A stretch of DNA of 64,000 nucleotides from a virus. The notes beneath the pieces were generated by a model that was not told the origin of the DNA, did not search any database, and saw only the letters and a program-made list of their open reading frames with translations. Positions 9,124 through 18,168 of the stretch are shown here, piece after piece; the stretch's first letter is position 1; each line of letters begins with the position of its first letter. The DNA is taken from the IMG/VR virus record IMGVR_UViG_3300032053_005312, positions 14,650 to 78,649 of that record; one strand, written 5' to 3'. A program made the position numbers and the translations under genes.

Positions 9124-9551
9124 CGCATCCGAATATGATCCCGGTCAGTTGTTCCAACATAGATGAGATGCGTCTGCTGGCACAACAGATGCGTGCTTTG
9201 TGTCTCGTGGACCCCGATAAAGTCGAAGGATATACGGCCTCGACTACTAAGGAAGAATGCGACAAGCGTTCTTTGGATGTTCAGGCAGACATAATCGCAA
9301 GTGGTCATTTGCGATTCATTCACTATCCACCAGATGGTCGTATTGTGAATGTTGTTTACACGCTATTGGAACCTGAGAGTGGCGAAAAGGAATGGAACCT
9401 TTCCATGAGCCATGCCACTCTTGCTGGGCCGAGGCGAGTTGAAGACGATCTTGCCAAGATGATTTGCGAAGCGTTCTTGGATGACTTCTACCAAGAAGTT
9501 GATCCCAAGGCGTATTGGAAAAACGTGAGGCATTTCGTCAAGGCTGCATGA
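9120..9551 (+). CDS. Hypothetical protein
   Basis: ORF overlapping the frr stop; similar in type to 57488 and 23393. Confidence 0.65.
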   Translation: MTHPNMIPVSCSNIDEMRLLAQQMRALCLVDPDKVEGYTASTTKEECDKRSLDVQADIIASGHLRFIHYPPDGRIVNVVYTLLEPESGEKEWNLSMSHATLAGPRRVEDDLAKMICEAFLDDFYQEVDPKAYWKNVRHFVKAA

Positions 9552-9627
9552 AAACATGATGGTTGGTTTTGGTTTGCGTCAATATTATTTATGTTGACTG
9601 CTAAACCAGGGATAGGAACCGATGATA

Positions 9628-9864
9628 AACTCTGTAGTGTAAGCAACACGCCATTCAATGGTCCTCGTGCCGTAATTGGATGGAAATGCTTGGTAAATCC
9701 AATAGGCCACCAGTTTGCTGGGTTCTATGGGCTAGTCCGAGAGAGAGCGAGTCAAAGGGTGGTATTCCCTGTACGCAAATTGACAACGCCTACGGGATTA
9801 ACGACCGGGGCCGATAGTCTAGCAGTCCTTCGGCAGTGGGTTTGACCCCCACAGGGACCAACCA
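9628..9864 (+). ncRNA. Structured RNA region ending in T arm, acceptor strand and ACCA (tRNA-like, long insert)
   Basis: gtggg-tttgacc-cccac-agggacca-acca; 5' partner tggtcct(9659) or tgggttct(9719); several internal stems; no credible ORF. Confidence 0.5.
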
Positions 9865-9887
9865 TCATGCCTTTTAGAAAGCAGAAC

Positions 9888-9995
9888 ATGAAGTTCGCCA
9901 TACTGATCCTTGTGGTGTCGATTTCAGGATGTGTCACACTCGATCCACACAAGATGCCTCCGCTGCATCTTGTGGCAAAACAGAAGGCTAAATGA
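9888..9995 (+). CDS. Small lipoprotein (35 aa)
   Basis: MKFAILILVVSISGC lipobox; translated by hand. Confidence 0.5.
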   Translation: MKFAILILVVSISGCVTLDPHKMPPLHLVAKQKAK

Positions 9996-10278
9996 ACATT
10001 TATAAACCTATTCGTGATGGTCCAGACAGAAAGAAATTTCTCGTTTGGAACTACTTGGAGAATCTAATGCCAACAATCTCATTGAGATTAGCTTGGATGC
10101 CCCCTGGCCACCGGAAAACCGAGATCAGGGTCAATGATTTGAGTGGTTCTTGGCACTGGCAGGCTGTCAGGAGTGGGGATTCTGTCATAGAATAGCCGAA
10201 CTAAGGTTCGCTCAAAGGGAGCGGACACGAATAAGGCGAATAAAGGCAGAGCGGGACCACAGATTATCTGCTAACTTT

Positions 10279-10348
10279 GTTCCGTCCGTTGGATTGCGGC
10301 GTCGAGTTTCCTAAACTTGATAAATTGGTTCGATTCCAATACGGAATA
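10279..10348 (+). tRNA. Non-canonical tRNA-Arg(CCT)
   Basis: gttccgt/acggaat+A; D arm ccgt-tggatt-gcgg; gtcgagt-ttCCTaa-acttgat; attgg-ttcgatt-ccaat. Confidence 0.78.
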
Positions 10349-10378
10349 CTTTGGTGTTTGTTGTCAGAAAGGATTGCC

Positions 10379-10618
10379 ATGAAATATTGCACTTACGTTA
10401 GATCCCAAGGCATCCTTGGTTGGTTGCATGGCTGGTTCTTAGTCGGTATTTCCGACGAACAACGAACATCTGGATATGTGACCGAGTTCGCTTATTTTGG
10501 CATCAAGGTGCTGTTGCTTGAAATGGAACCACCACTAACACCTAAATTTCACTTCGTTCCCAAGGGAGCGAAGATCATGGGATCAGGAACCGTATCGGTA
10601 TACAGGATTTGGAAATGA
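10379..10618 (+). CDS. Hypothetical protein
   Basis: SD-like aagga before ATG. Confidence 0.55.
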   Translation: MKYCTYVRSQGILGWLHGWFLVGISDEQRTSGYVTEFAYFGIKVLLLEMEPPLTPKFHFVPKGAKIMGSGTVSVYRIWK

Positions 10619-10818
10619 ATAAGTGGCTTATATTTGCTCTATTTTGTTTGTTGTTATTGGGATGCAGACACAAGCCGACCAAGGTGACGAATCCGACTCC
10701 GGGCGGCATTATTGTCGTAGACCAAGAAGGCAACGAATCAGAGTTCCTTCCTTTGACTGAAGATGAGTTTAAGAAACTCCAAGTCCGGGCGAAGGATTCA
10801 AAGCAAAACAGTAGATAA
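10615..10818 (+). CDS. Small lipoprotein
   Basis: MNKWLIFALFCLLLLGC lipobox. Confidence 0.65.
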   Translation: MNKWLIFALFCLLLLGCRHKPTKVTNPTPGGIIVVDQEGNESEFLPLTEDEFKKLQVRAKDSKQNSR

Positions 10819-10859
10819 TTACCTGCGGCTCTTTTTCGCAAGAGAAATAGCCTTTGCAC

Positions 10860-10962
10860 GGTCGGGTAACTCAGCGGCAGAGTCATCAGTGAATCCGGGT
10901 GGTTTTATAGTTGCCATTGCGGAAAGTTGATGAGGTCGCAGGTTCGAGTCCTGCCCCGGCCA
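10860..10962 (+). ncRNA. tRNA-like gene with a 37-nt structured insert replacing the anticodon loop
   Basis: ggtcggg/cccggcc+A, D arm actc/gagt, stem atcag/ttgat, T arm gcagg-ttcgagt-cctgc. Confidence 0.75.
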
Positions 10963-10964
10963 CT

Positions 10965-11591
10965 ATGAATGAGTTCGAGGGTTTAGTTTCAGTCAAAGAT
11001 GAAGTAGTCGATGGGGTGGGAGATTGGCTTTGGCCACAGTCCGATCTACACGGCTTCAAAGCATTGACTGCTAACTGGCGGGAAGAACACAGATGGACCT
11101 ACTTAGAACACATCAAGAAATTCGACGTTGTGGTTCAAGCAGGCGGGCATTGCGGATTATGGCCCCGATTATTGGCTGGACTTTTCAACAGAGTATACAC
11201 CTTCGAGCCAGACGCAATGAATTTTCATTGTCTTGTGCATAATTGCCAGCGAGACAATATATTCAAGATAAATGCGGCACTTGGCGCAGAGTGTAAATTC
11301 GTCGCTCTTTCAAAGTTCAAAGAGCCAGACAATACTGGAACCCATTTCATTGAAGGCGTTGGCAGCATTCCAATGCTGACAGTGGATTCCTTCAACTTTG
11401 ATGCTTGCGATTTCTTGCAGATTGACGTTGAGCGATACGAATTAAACGTCTTGAAGGGAGCCAAGAAGACCTTGGCGAAATTCAAGCCTGTGTTGTCGAT
11501 AGAAAGAACCAACGAAGAAATAGAGGCGTTCCTGAATCAGTTTGCCTACACCAGAGGTAGAACTGCTGAGATGGACACGATATACTACTAA
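10965..11591 (+). CDS. FkbM family methyltransferase
   Basis: VQAGGHCG, YTFEP, DFLQIDVERYELNVLKGA..KPVLSIE. Confidence 0.88.
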   Translation: MNEFEGLVSVKDEVVDGVGDWLWPQSDLHGFKALTANWREEHRWTYLEHIKKFDVVVQAGGHCGLWPRLLAGLFNRVYTFEPDAMNFHCLVHNCQRDNIFKINAALGAECKFVALSKFKEPDNTGTHFIEGVGSIPMLTVDSFNFDACDFLQIDVERYELNVLKGAKKTLAKFKPVLSIERTNEEIEAFLNQFAYTRGRTAEMDTIYY

Positions 11592-11592
11592 C

Positions 11593-11877
11593 ATGGAAAT
11601 TGGCGGCTACGATCTGATATTCAAAACAGAAGACCCGAAGGGTTTGGTTCAACGAATAATGGAATTCGTGAACTGGCCGGAAGGTATAATTGAACAAGAT
11701 GAAGGCGATGACTTCTTCTGGTACAAGGATTCTGATTCAAAACGTGGTTGGGACATGGAAGGAGCCGTGCCATCACTTGAAAATACGATGGTTTATTTTC
11801 TGCCACGAAAAGAAGAATTGACAGTAGTTGTTGATAAAGAAATGGCATTGGCCATTCGAGAAAATTTCGGATTATAA
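11593..11877 (+). CDS. Hypothetical protein
   Basis: ORF directly after the methyltransferase. Confidence 0.6.
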   Translation: MEIGGYDLIFKTEDPKGLVQRIMEFVNWPEGIIEQDEGDDFFWYKDSDSKRGWDMEGAVPSLENTMVYFLPRKEELTVVVDKEMALAIRENFGL

Positions 11878-11910
11878 CAACAAATTGTTGTTATAAGGCA
11901 TACATACCTT

Positions 11911-12300
11911 ATGCGAACGAGAAACAACGAGTTGAATCGCACTCATCAACAGCGATGGTATGCTCAAAATAAAGAGCTTCAAATACAAAGAAACAATGCC
12001 AATCGAGAAAAAAAGCTGACGTGGTTCATTGAATATAAAAGGAATTTGAAGTGCGAGTTGTGTCCTGAATCCCATATAGCGGCTTTGGATTTTCATCATT
12101 GTGATCCAAAGAAGAAAAGAGCGGGCATTAACAGACTGATAAATAACAACAATAGTTTAGAGGTCATACAAGAAGAAATACAAAAGTGCAGGGTGTTATG
12201 CAGTAATTGTCATCGCAAACTACACTACGAAGAAAAGACGGGAGCATGGTGTAACGGTAGCACACGGGATTTATACCCCCGGCCTAAAGGTGAAGCCTGA
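11911..12300 (+). mobile_element. Free-standing HNH homing endonuclease; ORF reads into the downstream tRNA
   Basis: CELC..ALDFHH..EEIQKCRVLCSNCHRKLH; AT-rich. Confidence 0.8.
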
Positions 12301-12337
12301 TTAGCTTCAAGAGAAGGTTCGATTCCTTCTGCTCCTA
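12240..12337 (+). tRNA. tRNA-Ile(TAT) with a 31-nt variable region
   Basis: gggagca/tgctcct+A; gtgt/gcac; cggga-ttTATac-ccccg; gaagg-ttcgatt-ccttc. Confidence 0.72.
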
Positions 12338-12350
12338 CTATGTGATTGCA

Positions 12351-12638
12351 ATGGGCAAGAACAACAAATACCACAAATTCCCTCCCCGCAAGCAGGTTCC
12401 TGTCGGCGGGGTTTGTCTTTTGTGTGAATGCAACAGACAAGTGCGAATGGCAGCACGACCCTTTGTTAAGGGCAAGGCAATTTCTAATGCCCTGGGCTTT
12501 CCTGCACCGATGCCATTGATTTGTCCAGGGATGATATTCAAAGGCGTCAATAACTTGACAGGCGAAGAGGAATCGTTCAAAGTACATTGTGTATTGATTC
12601 TGAATCCAGAACGTAGTTCAGTAGAAAGAATAAAATGA
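12351..12638 (+). CDS. Hypothetical Cys-containing protein
   Basis: ORF overlapping the GluRS start (ATGA). Confidence 0.5.
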   Translation: MGKNNKYHKFPPRKQVPVGGVCLLCECNRQVRMAARPFVKGKAISNALGFPAPMPLICPGMIFKGVNNLTGEEESFKVHCVLILNPERSSVERIK

Positions 12639-13543
12639 ACATCACACGCATTGCTCCGTCGCCGACCGGCGATATGCACATTGGCACTGCCAGAACTGCA
12701 TATTTCAACTGGCTCGCAGCACGGGCCAGCGGTGGCAAGTTCATTCTTCGGGTGGACGACACCGATCAGAAGCGAAACGATCCAGCCTATACAGAAGTCA
12801 TTCTGTCCACTATGAAGTGGCTGGGTCTGGACTACGATGAGATCGTATTCCAGAGTTCCAGATTCGACACATACAAGGCCGCAGCGGGCTTGTTGATCCA
12901 TGAAGGCTGGGCTGTTCCGAAAGATGGGGCCACGGTCTTCAATTTGAAGAAGGACCATGTGTTCCCTTCTCATTGGAAGGACGAAATCAAGGGCGACATC
13001 AAGATTAGTGCCGACGACATATCTCATATGGATGGGATGGTTCTCATTAAGTCTGATGGAAGTCCATCTTATAATTTTTGTTCAATTGTTGATGATTTGC
13101 ATATGGGGGTTAACCTAATCATCCGTGGAGTAGATCACATAACAAACACAGCAAAGCAGGTGATGCTTTGGGATGTTCTCAACAGCGGACAGACGCTACC
13201 AAGATTTGCCCACCTTGGTCTTATTTGCATTGATGGAAAGCCTATGTCCAAAAGAGACGGGGCATCGAGCATGTTGAATTACATGAACGCCGGATATGAT
13301 GCCGACGCCATGTTGAATTTTCTTGCACGGCTTGGCTGGGGACCAACAAAGGATGATAAGTCCACAACCCTCTTACCGAGAGATAAGATGCTTGAAATGT
13401 TTCTAACTTCGGGTAAGATGAGAAGCCAGCCAGCTAGTTTTGATTCTGGCAAATTAGAGTCGTTTGACCGCAAATACAAGGCCCGTAAGGGTACTTGGCG
13501 AACGGGCGACAAGTTGATTCCTGACACCAACAAAGAGGAATAG
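12635..13543 (+). CDS. Minimal glutamyl-tRNA synthetase-like protein (catalytic core only; GluQ-like size)
   Basis: TRIAPSPTGDMHIGTART, FILRVDDTD, IIRGVDH, KPMSKR, LARLGW; no anticodon-binding domain. Confidence 0.88.
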   Translation: MNITRIAPSPTGDMHIGTARTAYFNWLAARASGGKFILRVDDTDQKRNDPAYTEVILSTMKWLGLDYDEIVFQSSRFDTYKAAAGLLIHEGWAVPKDGATVFNLKKDHVFPSHWKDEIKGDIKISADDISHMDGMVLIKSDGSPSYNFCSIVDDLHMGVNLIIRGVDHITNTAKQVMLWDVLNSGQTLPRFAHLGLICIDGKPMSKRDGASSMLNYMNAGYDADAMLNFLARLGWGPTKDDKSTTLLPRDKMLEMFLTSGKMRSQPASFDSGKLESFDRKYKARKGTWRTGDKLIPDTNKEE

Positions 13544-13545
13544 GC

Positions 13546-13830
13546 ATGAACGAGGGAACTAAACTTGACATTGAACTGGCAAAAGACAAGGCGTGCGAGC
13601 AATTCGTGCGTCGTTGTCGATATGCCATTTGCATTGAGAAGATCGACAACGGTGGTCTACATGCTGGTGCGCCGATGTACTTCTACTGCAAGGACTGTGG
13701 CATTCCTACGGAAGTCTTGCCCGAAGACTATCTGTTCCCGCCACTGCGTCAGTGCAGCCAATGCCAAGGTCTTCATCAACAAGGCTGGATGGAACATGCC
13801 AAGTCTATGGCGAAGGACGATGATCTATAG
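13546..13830 (+). CDS. Hypothetical Zn-binding protein
   Basis: IDNGGLHAGAPMYFYCKDCG..CSQC. Confidence 0.65.
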   Translation: MNEGTKLDIELAKDKACEQFVRRCRYAICIEKIDNGGLHAGAPMYFYCKDCGIPTEVLPEDYLFPPLRQCSQCQGLHQQGWMEHAKSMAKDDDL

Positions 13831-13918
13831 GATCGAATGAATATCCCAGGGATACGTTATACCCCGGACATACTTTCGGTGCTTGACCGATAGTAAGTTC
13901 GGGGTATAATTATTTACT

Positions 13919-14152
13919 ATGGATAATGAACAAGTTGCAGAGACAGAAAAGAAACCTCTGACACTCAAAGATATATGCCTTGGAGTGTTTGGCGTATTCA
14001 TCATTCTGGCAATATTTGCCTTGCCTATTATGTTCCTGATGAATTTCCTTTTACCAGTTTTCGGTGTAGATCGGCAGATTGACTACCAGCATTCGTTGGC
14101 GTTTGCGGTTCTTCTGTTTTGCATGGGGCGATGCTTCAGCCCAGCCAAGTGA
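13919..14152 (+). CDS. Small membrane protein
   Basis: Two hydrophobic helices; TTGACC..TATAAT promoter just upstream. Confidence 0.65.
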   Translation: MDNEQVAETEKKPLTLKDICLGVFGVFIILAIFALPIMFLMNFLLPVFGVDRQIDYQHSLAFAVLLFCMGRCFSPAK

Positions 14153-14191
14153 TTTTACAACTGAAGCAAATCAGGGTATAATCCGGCTGTC

Positions 14192-14561
14192 ATGAAAAAA
14201 AACCGATGCCTACAAATTCTTGCATTTGTTGGTTGAAAAGTATCCGAGCGATGCGGCTCCGATGCTGATTGACATCATTGTGGACTATTTGCTGTTTCCG
14301 AAGGGCGACGGCACCAGCCCTCAACTTGTTGGCATTGACCAAAAAGTTGCCGAAATGATGGCCGATCCGGGTCGCAAGATTGAAGCCGTCAAATACGTTC
14401 GAGATGAACTTAAATGTGGTCTTAAAGAAGCCAAGGACTACGTTGAGCAACGAGTGTGGCCCGCTGGCGTCGGTCCTCAAAGTGAAAAGGCTTTAGAACT
14501 ACAATCCCGATATGTGCAATCGGTTTTGGACAAAATTCGTGTTGATTATAATGTAGGGTGA
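14192..14561 (+). CDS. Protein with ribosomal L7/L12 C-terminal-like domain; start out of frame across an A8 run
   Basis: KIEAVKYVR..GLKEAKDYVE; ATG at 14192 joins the frame only if A8 is read as A7. Confidence 0.65.
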
Positions 14562-14567
14562 TATTGC

Positions 14568-15131
14568 ATGGCTGGATCGTTAGAAAGATTCGACTTCCAA
14601 GGTCGAAGTCTTGTGCGTGATGTATTCATTGAAACTGGCACCTACCTGGGCCAGTCTTCGGAGAATGCGTCTCGTGCGGGGTTCAAACACGTCCATACCA
14701 TCGAAGTCTCCGACAGGATATTTGCACTGGCTCAAGAGCGATTTGCAGGCCGGTCAGACGTGACGGCACATCATGGCTCCAGTCCTAGTGTGCTGCCAAG
14801 CCTGTGTGATCCTAAGTTGTCAACTGTGTTTTATCTGGACGGCCATTACCAAGGTGGGCCGCTTGATGAAAATGATCCGTTGGTGGGTGAATGTCCTCTG
14901 ATATTGGAGTTGGATATTATTCGAGCGGTGGCCTGGGAAACTCCACCAATCATCATTATTGATGACTCGAAGATATTCACTATTGCGGCTGAAAGTCGTG
15001 ATGACTATTTGAAAAACTGTCACCTTGATCCGGTCTTTTGGCCAAGTTATCAACAGGTGATTGATGCGTTGGGACCGGCCTATACGGTCTACGAAGAAGA
15101 TGATAGGCTGTACTGCATACCTGGGGAGTGA
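14568..15131 (+). CDS. SAM-dependent methyltransferase-like protein
   Basis: FIETGTYLG, HTIE, GSS, FYLDGHY, IIIIDD. Confidence 0.78.
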   Translation: MAGSLERFDFQGRSLVRDVFIETGTYLGQSSENASRAGFKHVHTIEVSDRIFALAQERFAGRSDVTAHHGSSPSVLPSLCDPKLSTVFYLDGHYQGGPLDENDPLVGECPLILELDIIRAVAWETPPIIIIDDSKIFTIAAESRDDYLKNCHLDPVFWPSYQQVIDALGPAYTVYEEDDRLYCIPGE

Positions 15132-15478
15132 CATGGACCAGAACTGGAAGAAGTTTCTCAAGTGGCAATGGTCGGAAATCAAGAAGTATTTCGGACTACG
15201 AGTCCTGGGTGGATAGTCTCGGCTACCATGCTGGCAATGGCAACGGTACAGCACTGCTCCAAGAGTGGGTGAAGTACAAGAGCCATAACAAGAATGCCAA
15301 GCTGATTTGCATCGACCTGACCCCTCGTGCAAACCATCAGGTCAAGGAACGTGAAGATATTCTCCAGGTCGGTGGATTCTCGGACAACGTATTCAACGTG
15401 ATCGCAAGGTTCGTTGAAGGTGGCTGGTCGAAGGATTTTTGGGTCAAGGAGATTGAAAGCGTTCAACTGGATACTTAA
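15128..15478 (+). pseudogene. C-terminal vWA remnant of a TROVE/Ro60 protein
   Basis: ISDYESWVD..AKLICIDLTP..DILQVGGFSDNVF..WVKEIE; N-terminal TROVE domain absent; joined to an unrelated 5' piece. Confidence 0.7.
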
Positions 15479-15534
15479 AATATATCCAGCTAGGTTTGGC
15501 TGGGGACCGGGTTGCTGGTCCTCGGCCTGCTTTT

Positions 15535-15657
15535 TGGCGGGTAGCTCAATGGTAGAGCAAAAGTAAAAACAAATCTAAGCGATATTTGGGCTTCGGCCAT
15601 GCAGTTTGGATTACATTATCCAACTTTAGGTTGTGTGTTCGATTCACACCCCGCCAG
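15535..15657 (+). ncRNA. tRNA-like gene with a 58-nt multi-hairpin insert replacing the anticodon loop
   Basis: tggcggg/cccgcca+G, D arm gctc-aatggta-gagc, stem aaagt/acttt, T arm gtgtg-ttcgatt-cacac. Confidence 0.75.
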
Positions 15658-15689
15658 CTTTTCCAGCAAACTTTATTTTCAGGTGATAT

Positions 15690-15812
15690 ATGGCTAAAGG
15701 TAATAACGCACAGAAGAACGACAAGAAAGACAAAAAGCAATCCAAGAATGCCAAGAAGACAACAGCTACGGCAAGTCAGCCCGCTGTTATTGGCAAGTCC
15801 AAGGGTAAGTAA
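15690..15812 (+). CDS. Small Lys-rich peptide (40 aa)
   Basis: SD aggtga; MAKGNNAQKNDKKDKK...; translated by hand. Confidence 0.45.
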   Translation: MAKGNNAQKNDKKDKKQSKNAKKTTATASQPAVIGKSKGK

Positions 15813-16040
15813 TGCCGAAAAGGACAAAACATCCTGACGGCTCTGTGTGTCTTGACGGAATTCGTAGCACTCGTCGCAACAAGCAAGTTTGTTGCGACGA
15901 TTTTTACTTCCGCACTGCAACTTGTGTTTACGACATAAGGTATCAGTGGTATAATCGCCAGAAGACTTGGGGCATTCCTGTTTGTGATGGCGGGAGCAGC
16001 TTCATTGCCATAACCTTCTGTCCACACTGCGGAGTCAAAT

Positions 16041-16892
16041 GTGATCCACGTCAAAGAAGACAAACTCCGTTCAGTCCTGGCAACAATGACAGGGACCAGA
16101 GCCGAAGGCTTGCTTAGGTTCCACGACGATCACATCAGCGAAATTCTTTCAGCCAAAGGCTCATCAGGCGGCAATCATCAAGCCTGGAGCGGCGGTCTTC
16201 ACGACCATCTTGTGCATTGCTTTGTGTTAGCACAAGACCTCTATAAGCTCTTTCACGAGCGTATCGGCCCTGGTCCTCATGCCGGGCAAGACATCTATGG
16301 CGTACACGATTCACGCCCAATCCCGTTTTCTCTCGAAAGCGCCCTCGTGGTGCTTTATTTTCATGATATAGAGAAAATATTCAAATACGGAAACAAACCA
16401 CATCGGTATCCTGAGCGTCTCATCGAAGCGAAGGACGCATGGTATCTTGGTATTTTGCCAACCAAATACGGCATCGTATTTGACGATCAAGAATACAACG
16501 CATTGAAGTACGCCCACGGCGAAGGCGACGACCATCGTAAAGATCAAAGAGTCGCCAGCCCCTTGGCGGGTTTCATTCATGCCATAGATTATCTATCGGC
16601 ACGAGTCCTGTGGCAGATCAAAGACTTCGATTACGGTCTGGTCCCCAGGGAGCCAGTATTGCCATCAGCCATTCAGAGTCTCCATTCCACTTGCTGCAAG
16701 GCAGTGGGCAAGCGTGTTAAGTACACCGGCACCAATGGCGATGAATACGACAAAATCAATCACGGCCTGTATGTCGAGGGCGAAGGAATCTTCGTCATCT
16801 TCTCCGTCAGCCTGAATCGAGCGATGGTTCAGCACGATGATCGCACCACTATTTGCGTTGATCCCATTACCGTTGAAATTCTCGGTGACTAA
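16041..16892 (+). CDS. HD-domain phosphohydrolase
   Basis: HQAWSGGLHDH, YFHDIEK, YAHG, HAIDYLSAR. Confidence 0.78.
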   Translation: MIHVKEDKLRSVLATMTGTRAEGLLRFHDDHISEILSAKGSSGGNHQAWSGGLHDHLVHCFVLAQDLYKLFHERIGPGPHAGQDIYGVHDSRPIPFSLESALVVLYFHDIEKIFKYGNKPHRYPERLIEAKDAWYLGILPTKYGIVFDDQEYNALKYAHGEGDDHRKDQRVASPLAGFIHAIDYLSARVLWQIKDFDYGLVPREPVLPSAIQSLHSTCCKAVGKRVKYTGTNGDEYDKINHGLYVEGEGIFVIFSVSLNRAMVQHDDRTTICVDPITVEILGD

Positions 16893-17227
16893 TGTTTAAG
16901 ATCAAGCATGATTCCTTCGTGTACATTGATGACGCAAAACGTATTGGCGAATGTCGCTATGACGTTATTGCAACTATTGATTCACGATGGATTGTGGTGT
17001 TCACGGAATTGTTGAAGAATCCAGGGCCGAGTGTCACAAATGCCATCGAGTCTATTGTTCCACAATTTTGCCGATGCACTAGCCTCAAGCCAGAGGAAGT
17101 GATGTTTATTGAGCGATACCAAACGCATCCAGATGATCTTGATGTGATAAACTATCAGCCCGATGGCACAACGAGTTGGAGTAGGCTTCCAGAGGATCAA
17201 GCTCGTCCAATCTTGGAGTTACTATGA
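16892..17227 (+). CDS. Hypothetical protein
   Basis: TELLKNPGPSVTNAIE..FIERY pattern. Confidence 0.65.
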   Translation: MFKIKHDSFVYIDDAKRIGECRYDVIATIDSRWIVVFTELLKNPGPSVTNAIESIVPQFCRCTSLKPEEVMFIERYQTHPDDLDVINYQPDGTTSWSRLPEDQARPILELL

Positions 17228-17404
17228 TACCGCTGCCGGTAATAAAAGTGGACTATCCTTTGTCTGTGGTCCCGGCGTGGTGCCGGATGCCTATTGAATG
17301 CCACCAGGATGGCATTGGTGGTTGTTGGGGAATCTATCATGGGGAAGTGGCAAAATATGGCGAATCGCATTGCCAAACTTGCGAGTATAAAGCCGCAACT
17401 ACAA

Positions 17405-18136
17405 ATGGTCGAAAGTAATTTTTCCCCCATGTACAACGAAGGGGTGACGGTTATTGCACAGCCGCCCACTCGCCGTATTGTTCAAATCAATATGGAGTAT
17501 CGTGGTGAAGAAGGCGAAGAACCGGGATACAACGGAAACTTCTTCCTGAGTTTTCCCTTGATGTATTTTCGTATTCAATACAAAAGATACTTTGAGAAAA
17601 ATAAAGAGCAATTTTCTGCATCATCGCTGCACGTCATTTTTGCTGTTGCCGACAACAAAAGCAAAGCATTCATTCCACCACTGCCAAATGTTGATGACTT
17701 GATGCGAGTTTGTATCGAGTTGCCAAAGAAGCGATTTTCAAATGTCGATGATCTCTACAAGGCAGCAATTGATTGCTTCTGGTCAACAGACTTCAATGAC
17801 GGAATGACCATCGCTTTATATCAATATGATTGCGACTCCTTGTTGGGCAACCATCGTAAATGGCAAAATAAAACAAAGAAACAGCCCATCTGGATTCCAA
17901 ACGGTCGTAGCTTGAAGCCGATTGAAAATTTCGACAAAAAGTTCTTCTATGGATCGTCCTTCAAAAAGGACATTCAACCAGAAGACGAATACGATTCTGT
18001 TCAAGAACGATGGCAGCGAGCTGGAGCAGATGAAAGCCATCACCGCACGAAGGTTACTGCTGATTTACAACCAAGAGTTGTGCCATCTGTCCTCAGCGTG
18101 GTGAATCTGGTTTACAACCAGCAAAAATCGTGGTAG
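17405..18136 (+). CDS. Hypothetical protein, weak resemblance to prokaryotic E2-like family D
   Basis: LSFPLMYF..PPLPNV..VC..FWSTDFN; start uncertain. Confidence 0.5.
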   Translation: MVESNFSPMYNEGVTVIAQPPTRRIVQINMEYRGEEGEEPGYNGNFFLSFPLMYFRIQYKRYFEKNKEQFSASSLHVIFAVADNKSKAFIPPLPNVDDLMRVCIELPKKRFSNVDDLYKAAIDCFWSTDFNDGMTIALYQYDCDSLLGNHRKWQNKTKKQPIWIPNGRSLKPIENFDKKFFYGSSFKKDIQPEDEYDSVQERWQRAGADESHHRTKVTADLQPRVVPSVLSVVNLVYNQQKSW

Positions 18137-18139
18137 AAT
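18111..18139 (+). promoter_or_regulatory. sigma70-type promoter
   Basis: TTTACA-N17-TAGAAT with TGG extension. Confidence 0.65.
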
Positions 18140-18168
18140 CCCTGTAAGAAGGGAACAGAAAATGCAAA

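Noticed and set aside
9690-9822. Group I intron in a tRNA
   Set aside because: Too short, no room for P3/P8, and no terminal G followed by anticodon bases; kept only as an unexplained RNA
9806-9864. Full or permuted tmRNA starting at ggggccga
   Set aside because: The downstream acceptor strand does not pair with it and no tag ORF or matching upstream 3' piece was found
12240-12337. Ochre suppressor reading (TTA anticodon)
   Set aside because: Counting from the D arm places TAT at 34-36; the TTA register breaks the stem and puts U at 37
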